From Eledone cirrhosa (taxonomy: Eukaryota), in assembly GCA_964016885.1 (NCBI GenBank), contig OZ024748.1:27342001-27406000 (forward strand): a stretch of 64,000 nt of DNA, read 5' to 3'. This document shows positions 42,040 to 57,506 of this stretch, piece after piece. Within the stretch, counting starts at the first letter, position 1, and each line of letters opens with the position of its first letter. Position numbers and translations under genes: made by a program. The notes under the pieces are model-generated. The model was not told the DNA's origin and did not search any database. It was given only the letters and a program-made list of their open reading frames with translations.

Positions 42040-42132
42040 GTTCCTTGAGAAGCTGGTTTGCTTCACAACAATATTGCACATCTATAATGTGCAATTGTTG
42101 CATACGGACCAGCGAAACTGTACAGTCGGGAC
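42040..42132 (+). ncRNA. hammerhead ribozyme with U3-A8 covariant core
   Basis: gttcc-TTGAGAA-gctggt...accagc-GAAAC-tgtaca-GTC-gggac. Confidence 0.7.
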
Positions 42133-42330
42133 TTTGAAGAAAAAATAGGTATATATCTGTGTCTATTACTCCTCTATTTTATAATTTGATATATAGCTCT
42201 GATTATCGAGTTAATTTAATTATTTTGATTATTTTGTCTCTCCTGAACATCGAGCAACACTGGTTAAGGTTGACACTGCGCACACTCGCATACACGTGAA
42301 AAAAACAACATATATATGAGTGTATCTCAT

Positions 42331-42402
<72 letters not shown>

Positions 42403-42419
42403 CTCGCTTTTGTAACCAG

Positions 42420-42470
42420 TTTTGAAATTGGATTTCAAGTTAAATCATGGTGTGCTTTCATCAGTTAAAA
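42420..42470 (-). ncRNA. HHR-like motif (degenerate)
   Basis: ttttaa-CTGATGA-aag...ctt-GAAAT-cca-ATT-tcaaaa. Confidence 0.4.
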
Positions 42471-42551
42471 TATAATATAGATCAGTTTTCTAAATAAATA
42501 TTGACATACCCTTAAAGAATGCAACCATTGCTGTTGGAAGCTCCCGGATAG

Positions 42552-43386
<835 letters not shown>

Positions 43387-43569
43387 GTTATATAGTAAGG
43401 TGCAATATTGGTTGTGTAAAAATGTCCAATAACTTTATGTTAGCAATATTAAGTTCTTCACGCTTTTGTATATCTCCAATTCCATTCAAGGGAACAGCTA
43501 GATGATGTAAAACGGAGTATAAGTATCAAAATGAAAATCCGAAGGCAAGGTAAAATTCCAATCATTTAA

Positions 43570-43643
43570 TCACGACACATGTTTCAGTAAGAGATAGATC
43601 GATTGTGAAGCCACGATCAATTATCACTGACCTCATCAGGTGA
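43570..43643 (-). ncRNA. hammerhead ribozyme, left arm
   Basis: tcac-CTGATGA-(long hairpin)-GAAAC-atgt-GTC-gtga. Confidence 0.7.
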
Positions 43644-46600
43644 AAATGAATTGTCTTCAAATTTCTTGATATGAGGGAGAAAAAACGATGTTACCTCACA
43701 TAATTCATTCCCTCATATGGAGACACACCAGTCAGTCGGAGACGAGGCGACTGCTATTAGCTTAAAATGAGGTCACAAAAGTTTTCAGACTTCCATTGCT
43801 GCAAAAGACGCTGGACATCGAAACAAATCCGATGCAGTCAGTCACAATTAGAAGTAAGTGGATACACACACACTCCACACCCGCATACATCGGCTCGAGG
43901 TCAAATAAAAATAAAAATAAAAATAAAAATAAAAATAAAAATAAAAATAAAAATAAAAATAAAAATAAAAATAAATACATATACACACAACAACATAGTA
44001 TTAAACCCGCAGAATTAGCCTGGGTGGGCACACATACACCCCAACACACACCGAAGCGATATTCGAGAAAAAGCATATATAAGAATGTACCAACACAGCA
44101 ATCACCGAAAAGTTAGTTCGTAAAGCAACAGAAATTATGTCGGTCAAATCTCAATTTGACGATGTAAATCGGAAATGTTAAGTTAACCAAAGCTACACAC
44201 ACTTACACACAGACACAAGCGCGTGCGCGCAAATAAGTTCAGTTCAGTGTTCTGCTGTACGTGTAAAGATCCAATTGTAACATCAATATCTTCAAGTGTG
44301 TGTTATGGCAAAAGGTATATACACATCCGAATCAGCCAAAAAAAAAAAATGGATGTCTGGGTATATACACATCCATGTGAAGAGCTCAATGTGACGATGT
44401 AGATTGGAAATATTGGGTTAACCAACGCTACACACATATACACACACACACGTGCGTGCGCGCAAGTAAGTTCAGTTCAATGTTCTGCTATACGCGTATA
44501 GATCCAATTGTAACATCCATATCTTCAAGTGTGTGTTATGGTAAAAGGTATACACATCCGAATCGCCCCCCCCCCCCCCCAAAGGGGGGGGGGGGGTCCG
44601 GGTATATACACATCCATGTGAAGAGCAAGCAATCAGCTCATGTCGAACTCCTTGTGTACCGCTGTCCAGTTGTGAATCTAAATAATCAAATTCGTGCGTG
44701 CAAGCAACTGCAGTGTGGGCCGGCGAAGGGCTCTATGCAGGGTTGGGTATAGGGTAAATGAGTCCGCAAGTGCGATCTCCCGCCACATGGGCCAATGAGC
44801 TTTGAAGATAGTTGTTTGAGTGGTGGAAGTGTGTTATTCAACATAGAAGGTGAAGTAAGAAAATACAGGACAGTGAATGTGTGAAGGCCCATTAATGGTG
44901 TGTCAGTATCATTGTTCAATCCGTAACAATGAGTTCTCCATGGTTAGATGATCACGCATCAAAACCTGGTGTAGAGTTCAGTCGGTAGGAACGTGACACT
45001 CGTAAATGTTGGAGCTCAATGTCTAAAGGAAGCGGGTACTGTGTGTAGAGCTATATATAGGGAGCGTAATCGGTCCTAACTAAGTGTGTAATCAATCTAA
45101 CTATTTACTAACTAGGTATTCTAAATGAGAACACTCAGCTATGAGAATTCCGTGGAAACATGCCGAGTATCTTTGCAAGTGCGCAAACAATCTTAGCCGT
45201 CTAACTACCTAAGTGTGTGACTGTCCGTTTATTGAGAGGACTCTATGGCTAAAGTAGAGAGGGAGGAGTTATTGGTAGGTTACCTTCCAAAAATCCTGCG
45301 GAAGGTTTTAGAGGTTCTATGTTGACAGTTGCTGAAAAAATCCGCTCTTCTATTAATTAACAAGGGGCCGCCTCTAATAATATTGAAAGTTTCAGCTATA
45401 CATAAATTGCAGACGCCAGTGCTGCCGTTATAAGGTTGGGCTGAACAAACTATGAACCAGGATAAGGAGTGCTCTATATTCTGAAGTTTAAGCTTCCAGA
45501 CTAATTCCGAAAGTGCCGTGCTATTTTTCTTATCTAATCTATTAAAGGTATGGCGGTGATTATATCATCTATCCTTAAATTCAGTGGCAGTTGCCCCAAC
45601 ATACCTAAAAGTTCTATCAGGAGTGGAGACCTTACAGTCGTAGACTATGTTTTTGGTAAGGCATTTCCCAGCCAAGGGGCAGGTGGCGGTACTTCTGCAG
45701 TTGCATTTTCTGCTATCGATCTGGGTGGTTCGGGAAGGACCACGGTACCTTTGGGGTCGAGTCTCAGTTCCAGTCTGCTCTATGGGTAAATTCCCCGGGG
45801 TAGGGGCGACCCGACTCGCCTCACGTGTATGAGTCAGTTCCTCAATAGAGCTGCCATTGTTCCTGCCATGCCTAAATCCCTCATTGGCTGTCTTAAGTCT
45901 ACTAAAATTCATCTTAGCTATATTCTGAGCTATGTTACTAGTTGTGGAGTAAGACAACTTGATAGTATTTCTATTGAATATTTTATAATATCTGTGCTAT
46001 CTGGGGAAGCAATTGTCTAAGGCCCTAAAGAAAAGCTTAGCTATACTAGTGGTCAGGCCAGTGGAGTAAGGGGATTAAACCACAGGACTTTTCTGGTCCG
46101 ATGCCTCCTGTTCCTACTAACTATATTAGAATTACCACTCACCCTAGTAGTATCCAGTCTATTATAACTGGAAATTACCTGTGGGTCGGTGGTGTCCAGG
46201 GGTGTCACGATTGTGTTCGGAATCGTCCCAAGTCTCCAGGGCGGTGTAACCCCCGTGCGGCTATTGGGGTTACCCTCGATAGCTAGGGTTGTATCAGCTA
46301 TGCGTCTGCTACACCTGTCCCAATTCCCCCTACTCAACCCTCGTTCCATACTGCGTTCAACGGTAGTTCTATCGGTTCCACAATTAAGGTTACTACTAGA
46401 GTTTCCGCTGGTGTTACGTTGCTCAGACCCAGTGTTAGTACCTGGGTGGCTGTTTCTATTAGTACCAACAGCATTGGAACTAGGCGGCAGTACAGCATGA
46501 AGACTATGTGAAACCTCCCTCGTATCCCGCCTGCTGTTAACTAGCGTGTCACCATAAAGGCCTAAGCTATCGCGAACAAAGTTATTACTACTATTTAATG

Positions 46601-47967
46601 GACGTTTGAATGAGATTCCCTCGCTATGTCCTGCGCGTTCCAGGGCGCTATTATAGTAATTCGAGATCTTATTAATTCGAGATCTTATTAAACATTGGAA
46701 GAAAGTCCTGAAATTCTACTAGAGACGCTTTTGGTAATACCGTTAGTGACTATTCTAGGGTGGTTCGATTTTGCGTTGACATAGTTTAGATTCTCGTTAG
46801 GTTTGTGGTAAGGTTGGAAGAGTCCTGAATTGAGGTTAAGTGTAACATCTAGAAAATTAACTATTTTTAAATTCTCTTCAAATACTATACTTAGGTCTAT
46901 GCTCTTGAAGAATTTGCTAAGTTTTTTTCCTCACCCTCTCTACCATACTATTACTATGGAACGACACAGTAAACAAGACGTCGTCGCGGTAAGCGCTGCC
47001 TCCCAAGTGGGGCATCTCAGCTCCGAGACAGTCAAGGAGGTAAAGGCCCACCAGATCAGTCACCTGGGCCGAGTCCGAGGATCCCATGGTGATGTTGAAA
47101 TTATCCGGCCAATCCCTCCTAGTCCACAGGTCACCGTTGAACTCAATTAAGGTTTTTCTAGCTAGGAGGATAATGCTAATTTCCTCAGATGTAAGGTCTG
47201 TGTGTAAGCTAGAAAAGTTAAGGGCCCTACCTAGGAGAGTTGGAGAGATCTACATCGTCAAATTGAGCTCTTCACATGGATGTGTATATACCCAGACTTC
47301 CATTTTTTTTGGCTGATTCCGATGTGTATATACCTTTTGCCATAACACACACTTGAAGATATTGATGTTACAATTGGATCTTTACACGTACAACAGAACA
47401 CTGAACTGAACTTACTTGCGCGCACGCGCTTGTGTCTGTGTGTATGTGTGTGTAGCGTTGGTTAACTTAACATTTCCGATTTGCATCGTCAAATTGAGAT
47501 TTGACCGACATAATTTCTGTTGCTTTACGAACTAACTTTTCGGTGATTGCTGTGTTGGTACATTCTTATATATGCTTTTTCTCGAATATCGCTTCGGTGT
47601 GTGTTGGGGTGTATGTGTGCCCACCCACGCTAATTCTGCGGGTTTAATACTGCGTTGTTGTGTGTATATGTATTTATTTTTATGTTTATTTTTATTTTTC
47701 TTTGACCTCGAGCCGATGTATGCGGGTGTGGAGTGTGTGTGTATCCACTTACTTCTAATTGTGACTGACTGCATCCCTACGGATTTGTTTCGATGTCCAG
47801 CGTCTTTTGCAGCGATGGAAGTCTGAAAACTTTTGTGACCTCATTTTAAGCTAATAGCAGTCGCCTCGTCTCTGACTGACTGGTGTGTCTCCATATGAGG
47901 GAATGAATTATGTAAGGTAACATCGTTTTTTCTCCCTCATATCAAGAAATTTGAAGACAATTCATTT

Positions 47968-48041
47968 TCACCTGATGAGATCAGTAATAATTGATCGTGG
48001 CTTCACAATCGATCTATCTCTTATTGAAACATGTGTCGTGA
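47968..48041 (+). ncRNA. hammerhead ribozyme, right arm
   Basis: tcac-CTGATGA-gatcagt...ttatt-GAAAC-atgt-GTC-gtga. Confidence 0.7.
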
Positions 48042-48082
48042 TGAAATGATTGGAATTTTACCTTGCCTTCGGATTTTCATTT

Positions 48083-48147
<65 letters not shown>

Positions 48148-48346
48148 TAAACGGAAAAGAAAATGCTGACAAATTGTTCACAGTGAAAAATAGTTTAATT
48201 AGGAATAAGTGAGAATTAGTAATAGTATTGGTTAGTATTCAGTTTTTGGTTTTAAGTTTTACCGGTTGCGCATTTCTAATGCTTTTCAAAAATAATTTTG
48301 AGATAGAGCGTCCGTGATGTTTGCTCTAATATATATATATATATAA

Positions 48347-48420
<74 letters not shown>

Positions 48421-48503
48421 AAAGTTCTATTTAAAATTGTTGGGATACAACAAGTAAATATTTTTATAACTGATATAAAGCACTCGACAAATTTTTGGAG
48501 TAG

Positions 48504-49901
48504 ATATACGATATTAATAAATGCAAACTATATTTATAAAACCATATTTATTTCATTATACATATTTCAGGGATACCACATTAAATTATGGTATGCCTTC
48601 ATCAGACAAAATACAATATATAACAGTTTTACAAATAGGTATGACGTACCCTTTAAATACAACCATTACTTTTGGAGGCTGTCTGGATAGTAATTTGTTC
48701 ATAGAAAAAGACGGAGAGAAAGAAAGAGAAAAGAACAAAGACAGAGAGAGAGAAAGAAAAGAGAAAGAAAACCTGGAGAAATATCGGAGAGAGAGAGAAA
48801 AGTATGGAGAAAAGAAAGAGATAGATAAAGATAGGAGGAAATAAAAAAGAAAGAAAAGGAAGGAATAAGAAAAACAAAGGAATAAGAAAAACAAAGGAAA
48901 GCAACAGAGAGATATCAAGTCATCATACAGAAAGAGAAACTCAAGAGAGAGAAATATTATATAGAGAGAGAGGGGGACAGTGACAATTTTATGTCATGTC
49001 ATATTAAGTTAAGTTAACAATTTATATGAAATGAATAATAAAAATATAAATATAAGTATCAATATTCATGAATGGGACATAGATATATAATATGAGAAAT
49101 TAAACTTTGTTCAATAATTGTTTCTACTTTTGGCACAAGGCCAGCAATTACCCAGTGCATTACTGGTACTTTATTTTATCGACCCCGTAAGGATGAAAGG
49201 CAAAGTTAACCTCGGCGGGGTTTGAACTCAGATCATAAAGGTACGTAACTCTATGCTTCAAAGCATGGTGTCCGACTCTCTACAATGACCATATGTTTAG
49301 TTTAGAAACTTGAGATCAATATACCAAAAACTGAGTTCAAAATGTACCCTTGGTATATAGATTAGTATTTGACATGACATAAAGTTGTCACTGTCCCCCT
49401 CTCTCTATATAATATTTCTCTCTCTTGAGTTTCTCTTTCTGTATGATGACTTGATATCTCTCTGTTGCTTTCCTTTGTTTTTCTTATTCCTTTGTTTTTC
49501 TTATTCCTTCCCTTTCTTTCTTTTTTATTTCCTCCTCTCTTTATCTATCTCTTTCTTTTCTCCATACTTTTCTCTCTCTCTCCGATATTTCTCCAGGTTT
49601 TCTTTCTCTTTTCTTTCTCTCTCTCTGTCTTTGTTCTTTTCTCTTTCTTTCTCTCCGTTTTTTTCTCTCCGTCTTTTTCTAATTGTGCTTAATACTATGA
49701 CTTATTATATGAACAAATTACTATCCAGACAGCCTCCAAAAGTAATGGTTGTATTTAAAGGGTATGTCAAACCTATTTGTAAAACTATTATATATTGTAT
49801 TTTGTCTGATGAAGGCATACCATAATTTAATGTGGTATCCCTGAAATATGTATAATGAAATAAATATGGTTTTATAAATATAGTTTCCATTTATTAATAT
49901 C

Positions 49902-49905
<4 letters not shown>
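48504..49905. mobile_element. non-coding fold-back element (~500-bp arms) with outward HHRs at 48550-48612 (minus) and 49799-49861 (plus)
   Basis: attttgt-CTGATGA-aggcatacca...tggtatccct-GAAA-tatgta-TA-atgaaat in both arms; SINE at 49118-49282 in the spacer. Confidence 0.85.
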
Positions 49906-49959
<54 letters not shown>

Positions 49960-50124
49960 GTGTGTGTGCATGTGTCTGCACATGACTATGCATGCAAACG
50001 CACGTACAGGTATGTGAACGTGCGTGTATGGATGTGTGCATGTATAAATGTGCTTGTGCCTGTGTGTGCATACTTTACCCATTCTTTCCACCTACTCATT
50101 ATTTGCTATATGTATGTGTGTGTA

Positions 50125-50247
<123 letters not shown>

Positions 50248-50300
50248 TTATATGTATACATATATATATATATATATATATATTTATATGTATACATATA

Positions 50301-50383
<83 letters not shown>

Positions 50384-50877
50384 CCACACGCGTAAGATAA
50401 AATGGAAACATGTTGAGACAAAAGGAGAGGGGAGGGAGAAAAAGAAATAGAAAATGAGAGAGAGAGAGAGAGAGTGTGTGAGGGAGTGGTTGCATCAAGA
50501 ATCGTTTGTACCAAGAAGAGTATTGCAAAATTATGCAGCAGATGTTGACAGCTGCTGCACATTGAAGACTGTAACACTTTCTGTTGTCGTTGTTGCTGTT
50601 GTTGTTGTTGTTGTTGTTGTCGTTGTTTAATTTAAACATTAAATTACCTACTGGAACTGGGGACTGAAAGTTGGAGTGTATTGAGGGCGGGCTAGTGATG
50701 ATGGTGGTTGTCGTGTGTGTGTGTGGGGGGGGGGGGGGGGGTGATGGTGATAGTGATGGTGGCTGGTGTGGGGCTGCTGGTTGTGGTGATGGCGGTTGTT
50801 GTGAATTGCCACAATGTTTGGTGAGTTCAGATGAATTGTAACTTGTTCTTTTGATAGGGCAGAAGGAAACGACTGAA

Positions 50878-51517
50878 CAGTTGGCAGGTGAACAGTGAAC
50901 TGTACTGATGAAGGGTGATACCCAGAAACATTAGTGTCTGCAGTTCTGTTTACATGAGCAAGAATGTTTACAAGAGCAAGAATGAAGCGTTCATTCTACT
51001 GACATGGCTTTAAAAATGAGGCTTTTTTGCATAATTGCAAACGAATCGAATGTTATTAATATTCGAAAAACTCAGATTACATTTATTGTATTCAGTCATG
51101 TAGAGCGAATTTTTTAATTTTTATTTGAATGTGGCAAAGCCGGCCATTTATCGCTCGTATACAGGAAACTGACTGGCCAGTCTGCTGATATGCAAATCTG
51201 GCTGATCAGTGGATCTGCTAATATGCAGATCTGACTGATCAGCCAGTCTGCTAATATGCAAATCAGGCCGATCAGTCACTGTATATTTTAGAAAATAGCA
51301 TATATTTTCACTAGCTCTGAGAGTTGGCAGGTGAACAATGAGCTGCACTGATGAAGGGTGATACACAGAAACATTAGTGTCTGAAGTTCTGTTTACATGC
51401 CAACACAAGAGCAAGAATGAAGGGTTCATTCTACTGACATGGCTTTAAAAATGAGGTTTGTTTGCATAATTGCAAACGAATCGAATGTTATTATTAATAT
51501 TCGAAAATCTCAGATTA

Positions 51518-51522
<5 letters not shown>
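50878..51522 (+). mobile_element. retrozyme-like partial tandem, HHR-to-HHR period 443 nt
   Basis: HHRs at 50897-50946 (gaactgta-CTGATGA-agggtgataccca-GAAAC-attagt-GTC-tgcagttc) and 51340-51389; ends at (TA)n. Confidence 0.85.
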
Positions 51523-51580
<58 letters not shown>

Positions 51581-52519
51581 GGGAGAGAGAGGATGTGAGG
51601 ATCAATAGAATAGTAGATACAGTGTCTTTGATTATAGGTTTAAAACGACCACTACCGCCATCATTACCACCAAGCCACCGTCATCACCGTCACTACCATC
51701 ACCATCGTTACCACCACCACCATCATCACCATCGCCGTCACTATAACCACCCCCATAGCCACGCCTCTCCCTCCTCCACCACATACTTCTATTGATATGA
51801 TTCAGTGAAATTATACATTCGTAGAAAACCATTCAATCAGTCAGACCCACTGAGTCCTTTCTAGAGCTTTCTACACGATTTCTGCATTAAATAATCACTT
51901 ACATCCCCGCCCTCTGCGTCAACCCTCACCACCACCACCACCACCACCACCACCACCACCACCACCATCACCAGCACACCTCCATACAACCACCGTCGCC
52001 ACCACCTCCACCACCACCACCACCACCACCACCACCATCATCACCAGCACACCTCCATACAACCACCGTCGCCACCACCACCACCATAACCACAACCAAC
52101 AACAACAGCAGCAACAACACGTTAAATGTATTAACAACAACAAAGGCAAAAGCAGTAATGAAGAAAGTTATTTATTTATTTATTTATTCATTTGTTTATT
52201 TATCTTTTGCGGAATCCATCTGGTTATCTTTCCTTACTTTTAGCTAAAGAATCTTCGGTCCTGATAGATGTCTTAGGCTGTTATGCTAAGAAGAGGAGGA
52301 TATTGTTGTTGTTGTTGTTGATGATGATGATAATGATGAAGAAGAAGAAGAAGAAGAAGAAGAAGAAGAAGAAGAAGATGAAAAAGAAGAAGAAGAAGAT
52401 AGTGTTCTCATTTGCATACGATCATCTTCAATTTGAATAGGTTAGTTGTATTTAAAGGTGGTGGAGATTGTAGCTTTGTCTAATGGTTAATGGTAGTGAG
52501 AAGTGGCTTCTATGGTTGT

Positions 52520-54127
52520 ATAGTGGTGGTGGTGTATTGATGGTGTGATGGTGATGTGGTGCTGTTGTGGTGGTAGTGGTGTGGTGTGGTGGTGGTGGTG
52601 GTGGTAATGGTGGTTGTGTGTTGCCGTGTGGTGGTTTGATGGTGTGGTGGTGTAGTGATGGTGGTTGTGGTGGTGGTTGTGGTGGTAGTGTGGTGGTTGT
52701 GTGGTGGTAGTGGTGGTTGTGTGGTGGTTGTGGTGGTAGTGTGGTGGTTGTGTGGTGGTAGTGGTGGTGTGGTGGTGGTGGTTGTGTGGTGGTAGTGGTG
52801 GTATGGTGGTGGTGGTTGTGTGTTGCCGTGTGGTGGTGTGATGGTGTGGTGGTGTAGTGGTGGTGTGGTGTGATGGTGGTTGTGGTGGTGGTGGTGGTAG
52901 TGTGGTGGTTGTGTGGTGGTAGTGGTGGTGTGGTGGCGGTGATGGTGTGGTGGCGGTGATGGTGTGGTGGTTATAGTGTTATGGTGGTGATTGTGTTGTG
53001 GTTGTGGTGGTTGTGTAGTTGTGTAGTGATTGTGCGGTGTTGTGGTGTTGTGATTGTTGTGTGGTTGTGTGGTGGTTGTGTGGTTGTGTGGTTGTGTGGT
53101 GGTTGTGTGGTTGTGATGTTTGTTCTATTTGTGACTGTATGGTTGTTGTGTGGCTGCATTGTTGTGTGCTTGTTCTGTTGATGTGTAGTTGTGTGGTTTT
53201 ATAGTGGTTTAGAGGCGGTGATGTTGGTTGTGGTGTGGTTGTTGTGTGATAGCTGTGTGGTGGTGGCGGTTGTTGTGTGGTGGTGAGGTTGTGTAGTTGT
53301 GCGATGTTGTGGCTGTTGTTATTGTGTGGTTGTGTGATGTTGTGTGATTGTGTTATTGTGTGATCGTTTGGTTGTGAAATTGTGTGGTTGTGTGACTGTT
53401 GTGTGAGTGTGGGTGTTGTGGTGGTTGTGTGCTGTGCTTGTTGTGTTGTGTTGTTGTGTGGTTGTATGGTTGTATGTTGTTGTGTTGTGTTGTGTTGTTG
53501 TGTTGTGTGGTTGTGCTGCTGTGTTGTTGTGTGGTAGTGTTGTTGTGTTGTTGTGTGGTTGTATGGTTGTGTTGTGTGGTAGTGTTGTGTTGTTGTGTGG
53601 TTGTATGGTTGTGTTGTGTGGTAGTGTGGTTGTGTTGCTGTGTTGTGTGGTTGTGTGGTTGTATAATTCTTTTCTTCCCCTCTCCCTCTTTCACTCTATC
53701 TCACTTTCACTCTCTCTATCTCCTTGTCTATCCATCAGTATCCCATTCTCACCCCCCTTCTGCTACCCGTATCTACTAACCCACCACACCACCACTACCC
53801 ACCAAACCACCATTACCCACCACACCACCACTACCCACCAAACCACCATTACCCACCACACCACCACTACCCACCACACCACCACTACCCACCACTACCC
53901 AACACACCACCACTACCCACCACTACCCACCACTACCCACCACACCACCACTACCCACCACTACCCACCACTACCCACCACACCACCACTACCCACCACT
54001 ACCCACCACTACCCACCACACCACCACTACCTACCATCACCACAATCAATCTATTATAATGGAAATTATCAAACAAATTGAATTGTTGTGTTCAATCATG
54101 TTTATTCTACAATGTAGAGCGATAGCA

Positions 54128-54158
<31 letters not shown>

Positions 54159-54203
54159 CAGATGACATACACACACACCCTTACACACACACATGCAGAC
54201 GAT

Positions 54204-54234
<31 letters not shown>

Positions 54235-55065
54235 TACACACATGCAGACGACATACACACACACATACACACACACATACTCACACACACACACATACGC
54301 ACACCCATGCAGACGACATACTCTCTCTCACACACACACACACACACATGCAGACGACATACACACACTCTTTCTCTCTTCCTTTCTTTCTCACTTTCTG
54401 TCTATCTGTCTGTCTGACTGTCTGCCACTTTAAGTGTCCTTCTCTCCGTCCTTCTTTCTCTCTTTCTCCCCCCTCCTGTCTATCCGTCGATCTAGCTATC
54501 ACTCTACACCTTACTCTTTGCCTATTTTACAATGTAGAGCGATAACGACATACACAGACACACACACGACACATGCACACACACGACACACACACGACAC
54601 ACACGACACACACACGACACACATGACACACACGACACACACACACATGACACACACACATGACACACACGACACACACACATGACACACACGACACACA
54701 CACACGACACACACACACACGACACACACACACACGAGACACACACATGACACACACGACACACACACACATGACACACACGACACACACACATGACACA
54801 CACGACACACACATACGACACACACACATGACACACACGACACACACACACGACACACACACACATGACACACACGACACACATGACACACACGACACAC
54901 ACACACGACACATACACACGACACACACACACACACGACACACACGACACACACATACGACACACACACGACACAAACACAAAATGCGACACACACACAC
55001 ACACACAAGACATTCACACGACACATACACACACACGGCACGCAGACGACACACACACACGACAT

Positions 55066-55107
<42 letters not shown>

Positions 55108-55380
55108 CATGCAGACGACACTCACACGACATGCACACACACACACACGGCACGCAGACGACACTCACACACAACATGCACACACACACACACGACATTC
55201 ACACGACACACACACACACGCCACGCAGACGACATTCACACACGACACACATACAGACACACACGACACGCAGACGACACTCACAGACTCACACATACAC
55301 TCAGACACACTACTCACAAACAACATATAAACATACTCACACATGTACACACATGGACCACACACAAGACACATACACGA
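52520..55380. repeat. low-complexity tracts (GGT/GTT, CCA/CTA, CACGA/CA)
   Basis: Directly visible. Confidence 0.9.
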
Positions 55381-55493
55381 CATGGCTTTAAAAATAGGCT
55401 TGTTTGCATAATTGCAAACGAATCGAATTTTATTATTAATAATCTAAAAACTCAGATTACATTTATTGTATTCAGCCATGTAGAGCGAACATT

Positions 55494-55770
<277 letters not shown>

Positions 55771-56974
55771 ACGGGAAAAAACGAATAATACGTCATTAAT
55801 AGGAGCGGTGAAAAACAATTACGCGAAAAGACAGAACCACGTTAATGGTATAAAAGAAGTCGTAGACTAATGTTCTCTTAGGTGGTTCATAGAGACGTTC
55901 TCTGGCAATGAACGAAAAAAACGAAGATAATATGTCATATGTGGAGCATGGAGAACAATAGCACGCAAAGACAAAACCACGTAAATGGTATAGCAGAAGT
56001 CGTAGACTAAAATTCTAACTAGGAAACCGAATGAATCTCCGCTACAGAGTTAAGAACAAAGTAAATAAATACAATACAGAAGTAATAGAAATAAATAAAT
56101 ACGCGCAAACAAATACGTACATACACAAGCATACGCAAAACCCTTACCATAGGTATACAAAACCACGCACATATAAATATGTGTGTGTGTGTATGCGTGT
56201 ATACAAATAAATAAATAATTATATAAACGTATATAAATAAATAAATACGTATATAACAAGCGCACACACATACCTACATATAAATACACGAATGTCGGGA
56301 CTGGAAGAATTTTTGGTAAAGTTTATCTATAATTTTTTCTTCAAACTTACATTTTAGACTTAGTTCCGTTTAATTGATTATTTTATCTAGTTAATTTTTA
56401 CGGACTAAGAGGAAAGACTAGGTAAATTTAATCCGACTGTGACATTTATCTGTTATTTCTTCAAAGTTACATTTTAAACTTAGCTCCGTTTAAATGATTA
56501 TTTATCTGGTTGATTTCTACGGACTAAGGAGGAAAAGAATTGGATATATTTTGACTTTTTGACTGACAATTCTTCAAACTTATAATTTTATATAGCTCTG
56601 ATTAATAATTATTTACTTAATTCATTCATCCACCGAGCCACACCGTAGAAGGTAGCCAACACTCATATATGTCTCTGTGACTATGTCTAAATATATACAT
56701 ATATGTCCTTATGAATTTATATATGCTGCAAAGTATGGTGTCCGGCGCTCTATTGCCCTTATATAGTAATAGTAAATACAAAGATCGTTAAATGTGAAAG
56801 CAGAAAATCTTTGCTTAAACTTTAATCTGAACTAATAATATATATATATATATCGACAGTCGATCGATAAGATCCCAGACATCATTCGTTTAACGAGTGG
56901 GGTGGAGCTTGTCAAATGGGACCGAGGTAACAATGTTTCCAATGGTCTTTCCAATTGATAATTCTATCTCTCGG

Positions 56975-57095
56975 TCCCAACGTGAAATAAAGTGTCTTGC
57001 TCAAGGACACAACGCATCGTCCGGTCCAGGAATCAAACTCACAATCTCACAATTGCGAATCCAATCCTCTAAACATTCAGCTACGTGCCTTCACA
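56975..57095 (-). mobile_element. second-family tRNA SINE fragment
   Basis: Reverse complement gtgaaggcacgtagctgaatgtttagagg...gttgtgtccttgagcaagacacttta. Confidence 0.6.
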
Positions 57096-57108
57096 TATAT
57101 ATATGTAT

Positions 57109-57330
57109 ATCAAAATACAAATACTAGAAAATGATAGACAAAAATATACCTATTTTTTCTTCAAAGTCCCGAGTGCAGTCAAATAATATTCCACTAAATT
57201 GAGGGGTCTGTTGATTGCAGGGTTGTTGCAATCCAGTTGGCGAAACTGCAGTCGGGACTTTGAAGAAAAGATAGGTATATTTTCGTCTATTATTTCCTCG
57301 TATTCATATTTTGATAAATAGCTCTGATTA
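57109..57330. repeat. fold-back of the 3' half of the 42040-type HHR element
   Basis: 57109-57180 is the inverse of 57244-57317; contains GAAAC-tgca-GTC-gggac at 57242-57258. Confidence 0.7.
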
Positions 57331-57402
57331 AATAATTATTTTAATTCTTTCGGTCATTGAGCAAAACTGGTCAAGGTGGACTACCACACACACACACACA
57401 CA

Positions 57403-57506
<104 letters not shown>

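Larger units (their letters stand above)
43524..48087 (-). mobile_element. Penelope-like element flanked by ~850-bp inverted repeats
   Basis: Arms 43524-44404 and 47248-48087; interior minus-strand RT (TMGSSDSAQVTDLVG...AYRDDVLF), RKVLWFNP, CNCRSTATCPLAGKCL..IVY..YVGATATEFKDR, CNLC. Confidence 0.9.
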
